From the NCBI RefSeq assembly GCF_036321535.1, contig NC_087437.1, positions 53,818,001-53,882,000 on the forward strand: a stretch of DNA of 64,000 nt. Direction: 5' to 3'. The translations under genes and the position numbers were made by a program. Under the pieces are notes generated by a model that did not search any database, was not told where the DNA came from, and was given only the letters and a program-made list of their open reading frames with translations. Positions within the stretch are counted from its first letter, which is position 1. Every line of letters starts with the position of its first letter. Source of the DNA: Camelus dromedarius. Its lineage: Eukaryota. This document shows positions 1 through 9,365 of the stretch, in pieces.

Positions 1-1258
1 CATTTGGCCTCTCCCCGTCCTCCATCCTGCAGTGGTCTTGTAAGCCCCTGCAGTATTCTGGGGCTGGTGGAATAGTTTTGAACAGCTTGGTAGAGCCAGA
101 AAAGCACAGGTTTGAAAGTCACAAGACATGGGTTTGGAGTCTTAATCCATCATTTACTAGCTGTACAATCTTGGGTGCACTGCTTCACCTTCTTGGATTT
201 GTTTCTTTGCCTATAAATTGGATAGTAATACCTGCCTTATAGGATTGTTTCAAAGATTGAATGAACTTACGTGTGTAAAAGCACCTTGCAAACACACTAC
301 ATTGTTGTTAATCAAACATTCTGGTTAATATAACATTAACTCTTGTTGAATTACTGGCTTTAAAAACACGAGACTATATTAATACCAAAAATACAGAAAA
401 TCTACTCTAAAGTGATTTGATGAAAGCCTCTTCCAGGAAGCCAGAGAGGATTTGGAGAGTAGGTTCTCAGGTCTCCACATCCTTTTGAACCAGATACAAC
501 CTTAATAAACTTGATCTCTCAGAAGGACTCCAAGTTTTCTAGCCCCACTTTTAAAGGAGAATAGCTTCCCATCCATGGCATTGTTTGTGGGTTCTCCCTA
601 AATTCCAGAACATGTTGTTTTGATGTTGTAATCATTTCTTGATCCTTTTTCATTTGTTTTTCACATCCACCTCTGATAGTGACCCCCACCCTTGCCCATA
701 CCCTTTGCTGATAAAATCCAAACTCTAGCATCTTCAAGACCCTTCAGAATCTCACCCCAATCCAACCTTCCAACTTCACCTCCTACTGTCCCCTACTGCA
801 TACCCCGTATTTTCCAGACACTTGATCATTACCTAGAGAACTGGGCAATGATTTCTAATGCTTCAGCTTTGGATATAATTATAGCTTACTCTGATTAATG
901 CTTATTCTGGGGTCTCTGCCCTTTTCTGCCTGTTGAATTAAAGATGACATTGGAGCAGTGGTTAGTGGAAACATTAAAGACTTCGAGAACAGAAAGGAAA
1001 AGGGAAGGTTGTGTCTGGCTGAGTCACACTTTGTCAGCCTCAGTTTTCCTCAAGGTACTTTCTAGGTCTAGCTACTCAGCCTGCACCTAGCATACCACCC
1101 CCAACCTCCATTCCTCATGTTGTAACACTGTATGTCTCCCTCACTAGACTGCCAGCCTGGGAAGTTAAAACAGCATCTAATTCATCCAGGCTCCTCTAAC
1201 TCTCAGCAGATTCTCTAGTAGAGAACCTGGCCCAGTTAGGGACTACCAGGGGTCTCAC
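1..1258 (-). other. MASP1: MASP1 intron 2 (partial, continues beyond the window)
   Basis: Starts with the GTGAGA donor. No continuation of CUB1 (expected VETEDQV…) is visible between positions 1 and 1258. Confidence 0.85.
85..310 (+). mobile_element. MIR SINE (degenerate)
   Basis: MIR core-like: agacatgggtttggagtc…catttactagctgtacaatcttggg…ctataaattggatagtaatacctgccttataggattgtt…gtaaaagcac. Confidence 0.75.
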
Positions 1259-1490
1259 CTTCACATAGTCATATTCACATAGGTAGGAGGATTCCAAGTT
1301 GAAGTGCATGAAGTAAAGCTTGATCCGAAATCCCTCTGGGACAGTGATATTCCAAGTCACCTCCGAATCACTTGGATAGGAGTCTGGATAGCCAGGCGAC
1401 TGGATCTGGCCAAACATATTGTTAAGCTCCACGATGTGGGCCGAAGCCTTCAACAAGGAGAAGCACAGAGCATGACAGAGAAGGAGCCAC
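1259..1490 (-). CDS. MASP1: MASP1 coding exon 2 (232 nt): signal peptide and N-terminal part of CUB1 domain
   Basis: Translates (R)WLLLCHALCFSLLKASAHIVELNNMFGQIQSPGYPDSYPSDSEVTWNITVPEGFRIKLYFMHFNLESSYLCEYDYVK, which I recognise as near-identical to the mammalian MASP-1/3 N-terminus. Acceptor TGTTTTTCAG|G at 1491/1490 and donor AAG|GTGAGA at 1259/1258. The phase matches the 5-nt coding part of exon 1. Confidence 0.98.
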
Positions 1491-1868
1491 CTGAAAAACA
1501 TACATAGATTAACGCACATTCATGGACACAGGTCTTTGCCATTTAACTAAATCAACAGCTGAGAGACCAAGTTCCCAGCATATCTGTGCCACTGACCTGC
1601 TGCAGGGACTTCCCTTGTGCTGGGCCTTGCTTACCCAGGCTATAATACAGGAAGGTGCTAACTCAATTTCTTTCTTTCTTTTTTTTTATATTTCACTTTC
1701 TCAATTCATTGTTTCCATAGTTATTATCCATTCACAGAGTCTTAGAACAATTTTAAAACATTCCTCACAGAGGGATCAATTCCAGTATTCTTGATAAGAT
1801 GATTATTCAGGTTCAGCTTGAGCTGTTCTAATGATATAGTTAACTACTTCAAAAGTTACCTTATTTAT

Positions 1869-2670
1869 TGCACAGCTAAGGATACCATCAACAAAACAAA
1901 AAGACAATCTACAGGATGGGAGAAAATATTTGCAAAATATGACTGACAAGAGACTAATTTTCAAAATAAACAAACAACTCATACACCTTAATATCAAAGA
2001 AACAAGCAACCCAATCCAAAAAATGGGCAGAAGACCTAAACAAGCAATTCTCCAATGAAGACATACAAATGACCAATAGGCACATGAAAAATGCTCAGCA
2101 TCGCTAATTGTCAGAGAAACGCAGATCAAAACTACAATGAGGTATCGCTTCACAACAGCCAGAATGGCCATCATTGAAAAGTCTACAAGTGATAACTGCT
2201 GAAGAGGGTGTGGAAAAAAGGGAACCCTCCTACACTGTTGGTGGAAGTGTAGATTGGTGCAGCTACTATGGAGGACAGCATAGAGGTTCCTTAAAAAACT
2301 GAACATAGGCTTACCACATGATCCAGCAATCCCACTCCTGGCCATATATCCAGAGATAAATAAAATTCAAAAAGACACATGCACCCTGATATTCATAGCA
2401 GCACTGTTTATGATAGCCAAGACATAGAAACAACACTAATGTCCATCAACAGATGACTGGATAAAGAAGATGTGGTACATATATACAATGAAACACTATT
2501 CAGCCATAAAAAAGAATAAAATAATGCCAATTGCAGCAATATGGATGGCCCTGAAGACTGTCATTCTAAGTGAAGTGAACCAGAAAGAGAAAGAAAAACG
2601 CCATATGACATCATTTATATAAAGAATCTAAATAATAATAATAATAATAATGACACAAGTGAACTAATTA
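1869..2670 (+). mobile_element. 5'-truncated L1 (ORF2 C-terminal region and start of 3'UTR), antisense to MASP1
   Basis: Typical L1 ORF2 end: tgggagaaaatatttgcaaa…aaaatgggcagaagacctaaa…atcaaaactacaatgaggtatc…gatccagcaatcccactcctggccatatatccaga…tattcagccataaaaaagaataaaataatgcc. Frameshifted. Closely resembles the copy at 33737-34560. Confidence 0.95.
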
Positions 2671-2966
2671 TTATTTTGGTTTCTTAAATATGTGTAAGCA
2701 CATTTGACTGTCCTTTATGATTGGATTACCGCATTCTGTTGATTCTTATTTTGTAGTTGGCTTTATTCCTTTGATAACTATGTAAGTTTAAAAAGCTAAA
2801 GATCTAATCTGTTCTTAGAAACAATAATTAGTACATACATGAAAACTAAAAAAATGTGCAGTATACTGTGTATATGTATTTACATGCAATATCATGTGTA
2901 TGTGCAGTTGAACTATAATAATGCTACATAATAAAACTGGAAAAGGGGAAAAAAGTTAAAAAAAAA

Positions 2967-3104
2967 GTAACTGAGTTGATGGATATATCAATTAATTTAA
3001 TTATGGAAATTCCTTCATAATGTATGTATATATTGTGTTATCATGTTGTATACTTGAAATATATTACAAATTTTGTCAATTTTGCCTCAGTAAATCTGGA
3101 AAAA
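2967..3104 (+). mobile_element. Old L1MA-type 3' terminus
   Basis: gtaactgagttgatggatatatcaattaatttaattatgg…catgttgtatacttgaaatatattacaaattttgtcaattttgcctcagtaaatctggaaaaa resembles the L1MA9/10 3' end. Confidence 0.7.
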
Positions 3105-3610
3105 TACATGTTCATGAATATTTATGTTTTATCTGTAATGAAAAAACAAAACAGTAAACAATACCTATGTCCATCAACAAGTGAATTAAAAAAAAAGTTA
3201 CCTTATTTATATCCTTGGGAAACTATATTATAAGACTGAAGTAAATTCTATCTTTGAAGCTTACATCTAGTATGGTATAGTTCTTTGGAATCATGTAGAC
3301 CTGAGCCTTTTATTCTTAGCTGTATAATCCTAAAAGTTAACTAATCTCTCTGGCCCTCAGTTTCCTCATCAGTAACCACACTCAAGATTGGTATTATGTA
3401 ACATAATATATGTAAGTTGACCTAACATAGCACTGAACATCAGGCACTCAAATGGTAGCTATATTCTGGTTTTGTTTTTTGAAATATCATAGTCTATTCC
3501 TCACCTCCTAAAATAGATTATTTAAATTTTTGAAATGACCTGTTGTGTTTCCCTGCTTAAAACTTTTCATCTCAGTTCTTTAAACCTTGTCTTATGTGAC
3601 AGCATCTAAA

Positions 3611-3665
3611 TCAGCATTGTCCAACAAAACTTTCTATGATGATGGAAATATTTTATATCTGACTG
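3611..3665. mobile_element. MER3-like hAT DNA transposon fragment
   Basis: cagcattgtccaacaaaactttctatgatgatggaaatattttatatctg is the characteristic MER3 terminus. Confidence 0.65.
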
Positions 3666-4289
3666 ACAGTGTGTGCTAACTCAATTTCTGAAGTTTCTTC
3701 CAGTTGTGCTCTTTTAAAGATTTCATAATAGTATTAAACTTTCCGAGAAAATACCATACTTGGGACTCTAATGCATATCACTTTCCTGTTGAAAAATGTA
3801 AATTTCATAATTAGGTGAAAGTTGGTATCATTTCTTCATCTCAGCTTCATTTAAGAATCATAAACTCTTGATTCAGTTTTCTAAAAAGTAAGCCATAGTA
3901 ACACGATACTGTAGAGATGAGACTTACACTTGGTGATGGGATCTGTAGTACCCATCACCCATCTGTAGTATGGATTAACAAAAACAATCCAGATATGTAA
4001 ACTTTTGAATTAAGAAGGAATGAGCAAAACAAGTTTTTTGTTTTTTCTCTTGGTAAAAAAGATAGGTGATCTTATAAAAGGATCAAAACCCTATAGTTTA
4101 TTTCCAGCTGTAGGAATCAGAGATAATGGGCTGTTGAGAGTTGCATAAGGGGCAAGGAAAATTCAATAAAACTTACAGAACACACCCAAAGTGGCTGATG
4201 CAATAATGAGGCAGAATGTCCAAGGCTTGTCAAAACCCTAATGATCAATATACACCATACCAGGCATCAAATAGATTGCTCCCACAGCA

Positions 4290-4835
4290 AGACCCAAGGA
4301 CTTTGAACTCAAATGTCCCAAACTTGGCTCATCAGCTTCTTCCCTAAATCCTATTTGTTCTGCTTCTTATGTTTTGGAAATCCACTGCTCCTCTCCAGTC
4401 CATTCATTTAAATTTTCTTATCTGAACTATTGCTATTGCATCCTGATTGATCTCCCTGGCCCCATACCATTCAGCCATCTTCTGCCAAGGTTGATTTTTT
4501 AAAACACAGATGTGCCCACACCACTCCACCGCACGTGCAGGGTAAAGCATCTGCTGCAGGGAAGGCTGAGGAGCTCTTTTTGATCTAGTGAGGACCTGCC
4601 CATCCAGCTTCATCTCCGTGCAGCCACACTCTGGCATATCATTCTGGGAGAACGTCATGCCTGTCCAGGCCTTGGTCCCATTACACATGCCCTGCTCGTT
4701 CCTCACCTGGTTGTCTTAATTATCCTCCACCATCCAGCTCAAAGATTTCCAGGATATCTGGGGTATCCTTCACTCCTCCAGATCCCAGCCCCCGTGCATG
4801 CTTCCAGTCAGAGCACGTATCACACTGCATTGCTC
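4290..4835 (-). mobile_element. L2 fragment
   Basis: Pyrimidine-rich L2-like motifs: ctcaaatgtcccaaact…, tgaactattgctattgcatcctgattgatctccctg, tttttaaaacacagatgtg. Confidence 0.6.
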
Positions 4836-4839
4836 TAGG

Positions 4840-5050
4840 CACAGCCCCTGAAGTTAGATGTATTTGGGTTCAAATCCCAATTCTTCTACTTACTGGCTGT
4901 GAAATCTTAGTAATTAGTCTCTGAGCTCCCATTTCCTTGTATGTAAAATGAAGATAATAATCTTTAATTTACAGGCCTCTCATGAACATTAGAGATGATG
5001 TATGTAGAAGACCTAATATAGAGCCTACACAGAGAGTATATAATAGATGA
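4840..5050 (+). mobile_element. MIR SINE
   Basis: tgggttcaaatcccaattcttctacttactggctgtgaaatcttag…ctctgagctcccatttccttgtatgtaaaatgaagataataat. Confidence 0.8.
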
Positions 5051-5219
5051 TGAATAAATGAACAAACCACGGAAGTGGGGCCAGACTCTTATACAGCCTA
5101 AAAAGTAACCTCTGGGAAATTATACTAGCATCTTCAGATTAATAGTTATAGTTTGGCCAATCAGGAAGTTTTTTCTCCCCAACCTGCTCCACCCCTCCCA
5201 GTAAACAGATGCAATGTAT

Positions 5220-5490
5220 ATGTATATATGCACACAGGTGATTTTTTGAGTGTGTAAACACAATGAGATAATTACATAGATAAATTACCTGGCTGTCATA
5301 TAATATTTTCATAACAGTTAAAGACATAAGTGCAAAAGGCCTCGAAGGATATCAGTGGGGTATTAACAGTGTTTATCTCTGACATGGTAATATGAGGGTT
5401 TTTAACTTTATTTTTGTGTATATAAATTGTTTAAATGTGTCTAGAAGGACTTCGTGCTATTTTTTCAATAAAAAAAAAGTTATTTAAAAA
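5220..5490 (+). mobile_element. Old L1ME-type 3' end
   Basis: tattaacagtgtttatctctg…gggtttttaactttatttttgtg…gctattttttcaataaaaaaaaa. Confidence 0.5.
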
Positions 5491-5789
5491 ATTTCCAAGG
5501 TCCCTACAATAGCAACTTGTGAGATGCAACTAAGGAAACAAAATGTTTTAATCCAATTGCCAGGGTCAATATTTTTTTAAACCAATCTGTGGAGGGAGGG
5601 CCTCCAAGGCAGAGAGAAGGGAAGGCATAGGTCCAAGCTCTCCCATGAACTAGTAGGAAAGCTGGGTCTAGAAATTTTGCCTTGTGGGACCCAGGGCAGC
5701 CCCATTTTCAAGTGAGGAGATATACCAAGGGTATATCTGGGGATTCTGGTTCAGTTTCGCTTCAGGAGGGGAGAGCACTGATCTTAGGT

Positions 5790-5975
5790 TGGAAGAGCTG
5801 GATTCAAGTCCAAGCTTTGACTTTATTTATCCAACCCATTTGGGAAGTCATGTGAGGTCTCTGTCTCAGTTTCTTCATCCACTAACTGGTGATAATAATG
5901 ACACCCCCAGGGCTGCCATCAGAGTAAAGGAGGATTGGAAAGTAAGTACTTTGTTAACTGTCCAGCTCTAGGCAC
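5790..5975 (+). mobile_element. MIR SINE
   Basis: ctggattcaagtccaagctttgac…tgggaagtcatgtgaggtctctgtctcagtttcttcatc…gataataatg. Confidence 0.7.
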
Positions 5976-7312
5976 AAACATTAGTTCTGATTACTCCATC
6001 CGGCTACTTCCCGAAAAGCAGGGGTTAGGAATGAGCTTTGGCTCCCTAACAGGACTTCCCTGCAATAGCGACACCCAGCTTATGTAAGGTCAGCTTTCTC
6101 CATGTCTGCTTTTTCCAGACCACATGGAGGAGATGCTGAGCTTCCTCATGCTGGTTCCATCAGGTGCTGGCCCCAGCTGATGGCCCCGTCTATCCTCTGA
6201 GGCCTAGGACCATGTGTAGTAGGCAACTGGTCAGCGTGGGAGGAAGGCCTGTGAAGCTTTCTGTTCTATTTTGTTTGCATCTCAAAACAGTTTCGAACAT
6301 ATGAAATGAATCTCTCCTTTCACATAATAAGCCTGAGCATATGTTTGCTTGCTTGCTTTCGGGGCTGCAAATCAAAGGATGTAAGTGGCGGCTTTCATTT
6401 CCCATCACACTTTTTGAATGTTTTTGGCTTCTTATCCACCAGGCACCGGCTGTACAAATTCTGACACCTGCTATCTATTCTCCAACTAATCAGAAAGTTA
6501 AGTTACATTTGCTTGAAATGTCAGAAGTAACCTATAAAGCTAGGATTTCATGCATTCTACTGTAGGAGCAGAATCTTAGGAATGCATAAAAATGCTGGCC
6601 TATATCAACGGTTGTGGAATGAGCAGCAATTTCTATTTCACTTTTCACAATTTCTATTTCTTTCCACTCACTCCTCACTTCAACCTACACTACGTCAAGG
6701 CTGTTAAGGGGTAGAAGAGTTGAAAAGGACTGTACAGATCCCTTTGACAACACCCTTATTGGACAGATGACGAAAAGGATACCCCAAGAGGTGATGTGTC
6801 ATGTCCAGTGCCATATGGTGAATTAGCTTCAGCAGAAGAAGGGAATAACAAAAGCTCACAGAGGAAGCTGGGTCCATGCCCATATCATGCCCAGGCATCT
6901 GGCCAAAGCAATTAATCTTGTGAAAAATAATTCAAAAACCCATGGCTTTATGTGGAAATTAAAAACAAAAAAACAAACAAAAAACCCCCAAACTAATACC
7001 AAAGCTCCTCCCAAACAGATTTTAGTTTAATTGGTTTGGAGTGAGGCCTGGTCATTGTAATTTTTTAAAGCACCATAGGTGGTTCTAATGTGTAGCTAGG
7101 ATCGAGAGCCACTGGTGTAGAATAACATCCTTGGCTGAGGGTCTGGCAGAAAACAGTAGAAAAAACCCTGAACTTGGAGCCCAAAGATCTAAGTATGGGT
7201 CTGGGCTTTTTCGAGATCATTGGTGTGGCTCTGGGCAATTTGTTTAACTCTTTTATTCTCATTTCTCCATAAATACTTACCTCATTCGAAATTTCAAGCC
7301 CAGATGAAACTC

Positions 7313-7382
7313 GTGCATAGCATGCATGGAGTCCTGGGTTCAATCCCCAGTACCTCCATTAACAAAAAACAATAACAACAAA
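7313..7382 (+). mobile_element. 5'-truncated camelid tRNA-derived SINE (Vic-1 type)
   Basis: gcatagcatgcatggagtcctgggttcaatccccagtacctcc followed by an A-rich tail. B-box GGTTCAATCC. Flanked by AAACTC at 7307-7312 and 7383-7388. Homologous to the copy at 36600. Confidence 0.8.
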
Positions 7383-9029
7383 AAACTCCAAATCTGAAGT
7401 CCTGTGTCCATGTGAGGCAAGACTTTTTAGAGGCTTCTAGTGGAGCACTTTTCCAGTAGAAGTTTTGCTATTGAACAACTGAATTCAATTCAGCCAATGT
7501 TTATTGAATACCTAACAGGAAAACAGACATTATGTTAGGTGCTGGGCATACAAAGATGAACAAGACATAGGTCCTGTTCCTTAAGGAACATCCAGTCCTG
7601 GAAGAGGAGGTGGACATTTTTAACAAGGAGATATTACAAAGATAAGAAGAGGTGTAGCTCCCAAGCACAGAGACAGCACAAAGAAGATGCTTAGAAGATG
7701 TCTGAGCTGGCTTGAACAATCGGGTCCTCTAGGTGGAAGTAAGAGGGAGAGCTATTCTGGGTTAAAGGATGAGCAAACACAAGGACACAGAAGTGATCAC
7801 TAGCCCTGTAGTATGGTATGGCTGGGGCACTGGGTGTCAGGGTGGGATTCGAATGGTGGACGGATTAATCAAATTTGTCATTTAATGTAGATGGGCATAA
7901 ATCTCATCTCTTTTAGGAGAAAGGAAAATGGAGTTAGATGGCAGGTTTAAAATTACAGTGGATTTAAAAAGAACAGAATGATTGGATTAACTTTAAAGAC
8001 CCGATTATCTCATTGAACCACAGGTAATCTGAGTTCAGAGTTATCACAGGCTGAAGCCCCTCATTGCCCCCAGACCCAGAAAAGTTGCAAAGTGACTTTG
8101 CAGAAGAGAAACAAATAGAAACCCTTTTCCAACTGAGAAGAAAATAAATGGGAAAAGAGGTGTTAAGGGACTTAACATATCTGCAGAGTGTTTTTGTTTT
8201 TTGTATTTTTAATATCATTAGCACTTTTAAGTAGCCAAAATAATTACGGTGGTTGGATTTTGAGACTTGTAGAGGAAAACTTATAAGGAATGTCTGGTAA
8301 CAAGGATCAAGTAATTCTAAGTATAGGCTGAGGAATACAAAATGCTGAAGAGCTTGGAAACAATTAGAATTTAAGGTCCTAGGTTGAGAACTCCAAAGAT
8401 TTTTTTCTCCAATTTGTAATACCCCTTTAAGAGCCACTTGGTGCAATTCATAGCCTGATTCATGCCACCAGCAGCCTCTGATTTCAGTGAGGAATGTAGA
8501 TATTTGTAGGGGATTATAAAATGGGGACAGGTTTTTAGTTTTCTAAATTGAGCTTTTAAATAGCAAACTTCAGAAGGTTTAAGAAACCACAGAGCTGAGC
8601 TGTGGGAAGCTGGTTTCTTCCGGTCAGAACAAATAAACACACAAACACATATCTAACTCAGAAAGTGTTGGAAGAGCTAAACCAATGCTTTTTGCACAGG
8701 AGAACAAAAACTCAGCCGTGTGGGCAACAGGAGGAAAGTCACATTGGCCAGCAGGCAGCACCCTGTGCTGCCAGAGAGAGAAATCTGAGCTCCGGCGGCG
8801 TCTGGTGGTATTTACACACAGCCTCCCGTTTCAAGTTGCATGTCTCCGGAGTCCCAGGGAAGGCCCCAGCCCGAGTCTCCCTTCTCAGAGTCCCGGATTG
8901 ATGAGAAGCCCTTGCACCACCCACAGGACTCGCAGGTGAGTCTGCCTGTAGACAAGGTCAGACCCTCCAGGGCAACTTGACACCTGGTCCCTGAAGGGAC
9001 CCCCGTGCCCACTCTGCCCTGGCACTCAC

Positions 9030-9034
9030 CTCAT
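9030..9034 (-). CDS. MASP1: MASP1 exon 1 coding part (ATG AG), start codon
   Basis: The minus strand reads CAGGAAA ATG AG|GTGAGT with a consensus donor at 9029-9024. Splicing to 1490 gives ATG AGG TGG CTC CTT = MRWLL, the known MASP1 start. Confidence 0.96.
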
Positions 9035-9365
9035 TTTCCTGTCTTGGGTGCTCCTGGCTGCCTGGTCCCCCCGGCCTGACTTGTCTGCGAGCTCGTCCCC
9101 GGTGTGGTGTCAGCGATGCCTTATCTTTGTTCTGAGGTCCCTGTGTGTCTCTGGAATTGGCTGGCATTCTCCATTCAGGTCACGCCTTCCTCTGCCTGCA
9201 ACAGATCCCCTCTCCCCCTCTCTCCCTCTGCCTTTTCCTCTCTCTCTCTCTCCTCTGACTTGCTCTTACACACACTCGGAGGAACCTGACAGAACAGAAT
9301 CTGTCTTCTTCCTTAAAAGATACGTTCCTCCAGCTCCCTCCTTCACCCCTTGTGGCTGCTTCCAG
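9035..9365 (-). other. MASP1: MASP1 exon 1 5'UTR (5' boundary approximate)
   Basis: The minus strand (…GGGGATCTGTTGCAGGCAGAGGAAGGCGTGACCTGAATGGAGAATGCCAGCCAATTCCAGAGACACACAGGGACCTCAGAACAAAGATAAGGCATC…) matches my recollection of the human MASP1 mRNA leader, including the GA-rich tract. The TSS cannot be fixed from sequence alone. Confidence 0.8.

Larger units (their letters stand above)
1491..9029 (-). other. MASP1: MASP1 intron 1 (7539 nt, GT-AG)
   Basis: Bounded by the GTGAGT donor and TTTTTCAG acceptor identified above. Confidence 0.93.

Noticed and set aside
1196..1519. 107-aa ORF as a standalone gene
   Set aside because: It is MASP1 exon 2 read through its splice sites. The MCVNLCMFF and VRPLVV… ends are intronic.
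1803..2345. 180-aa minus-strand ORF, the longest in the window
   Set aside because: It is the antisense reading of the L1 ORF2 3' region. Such hydrophobic antisense-L1 ORFs are common artefacts.
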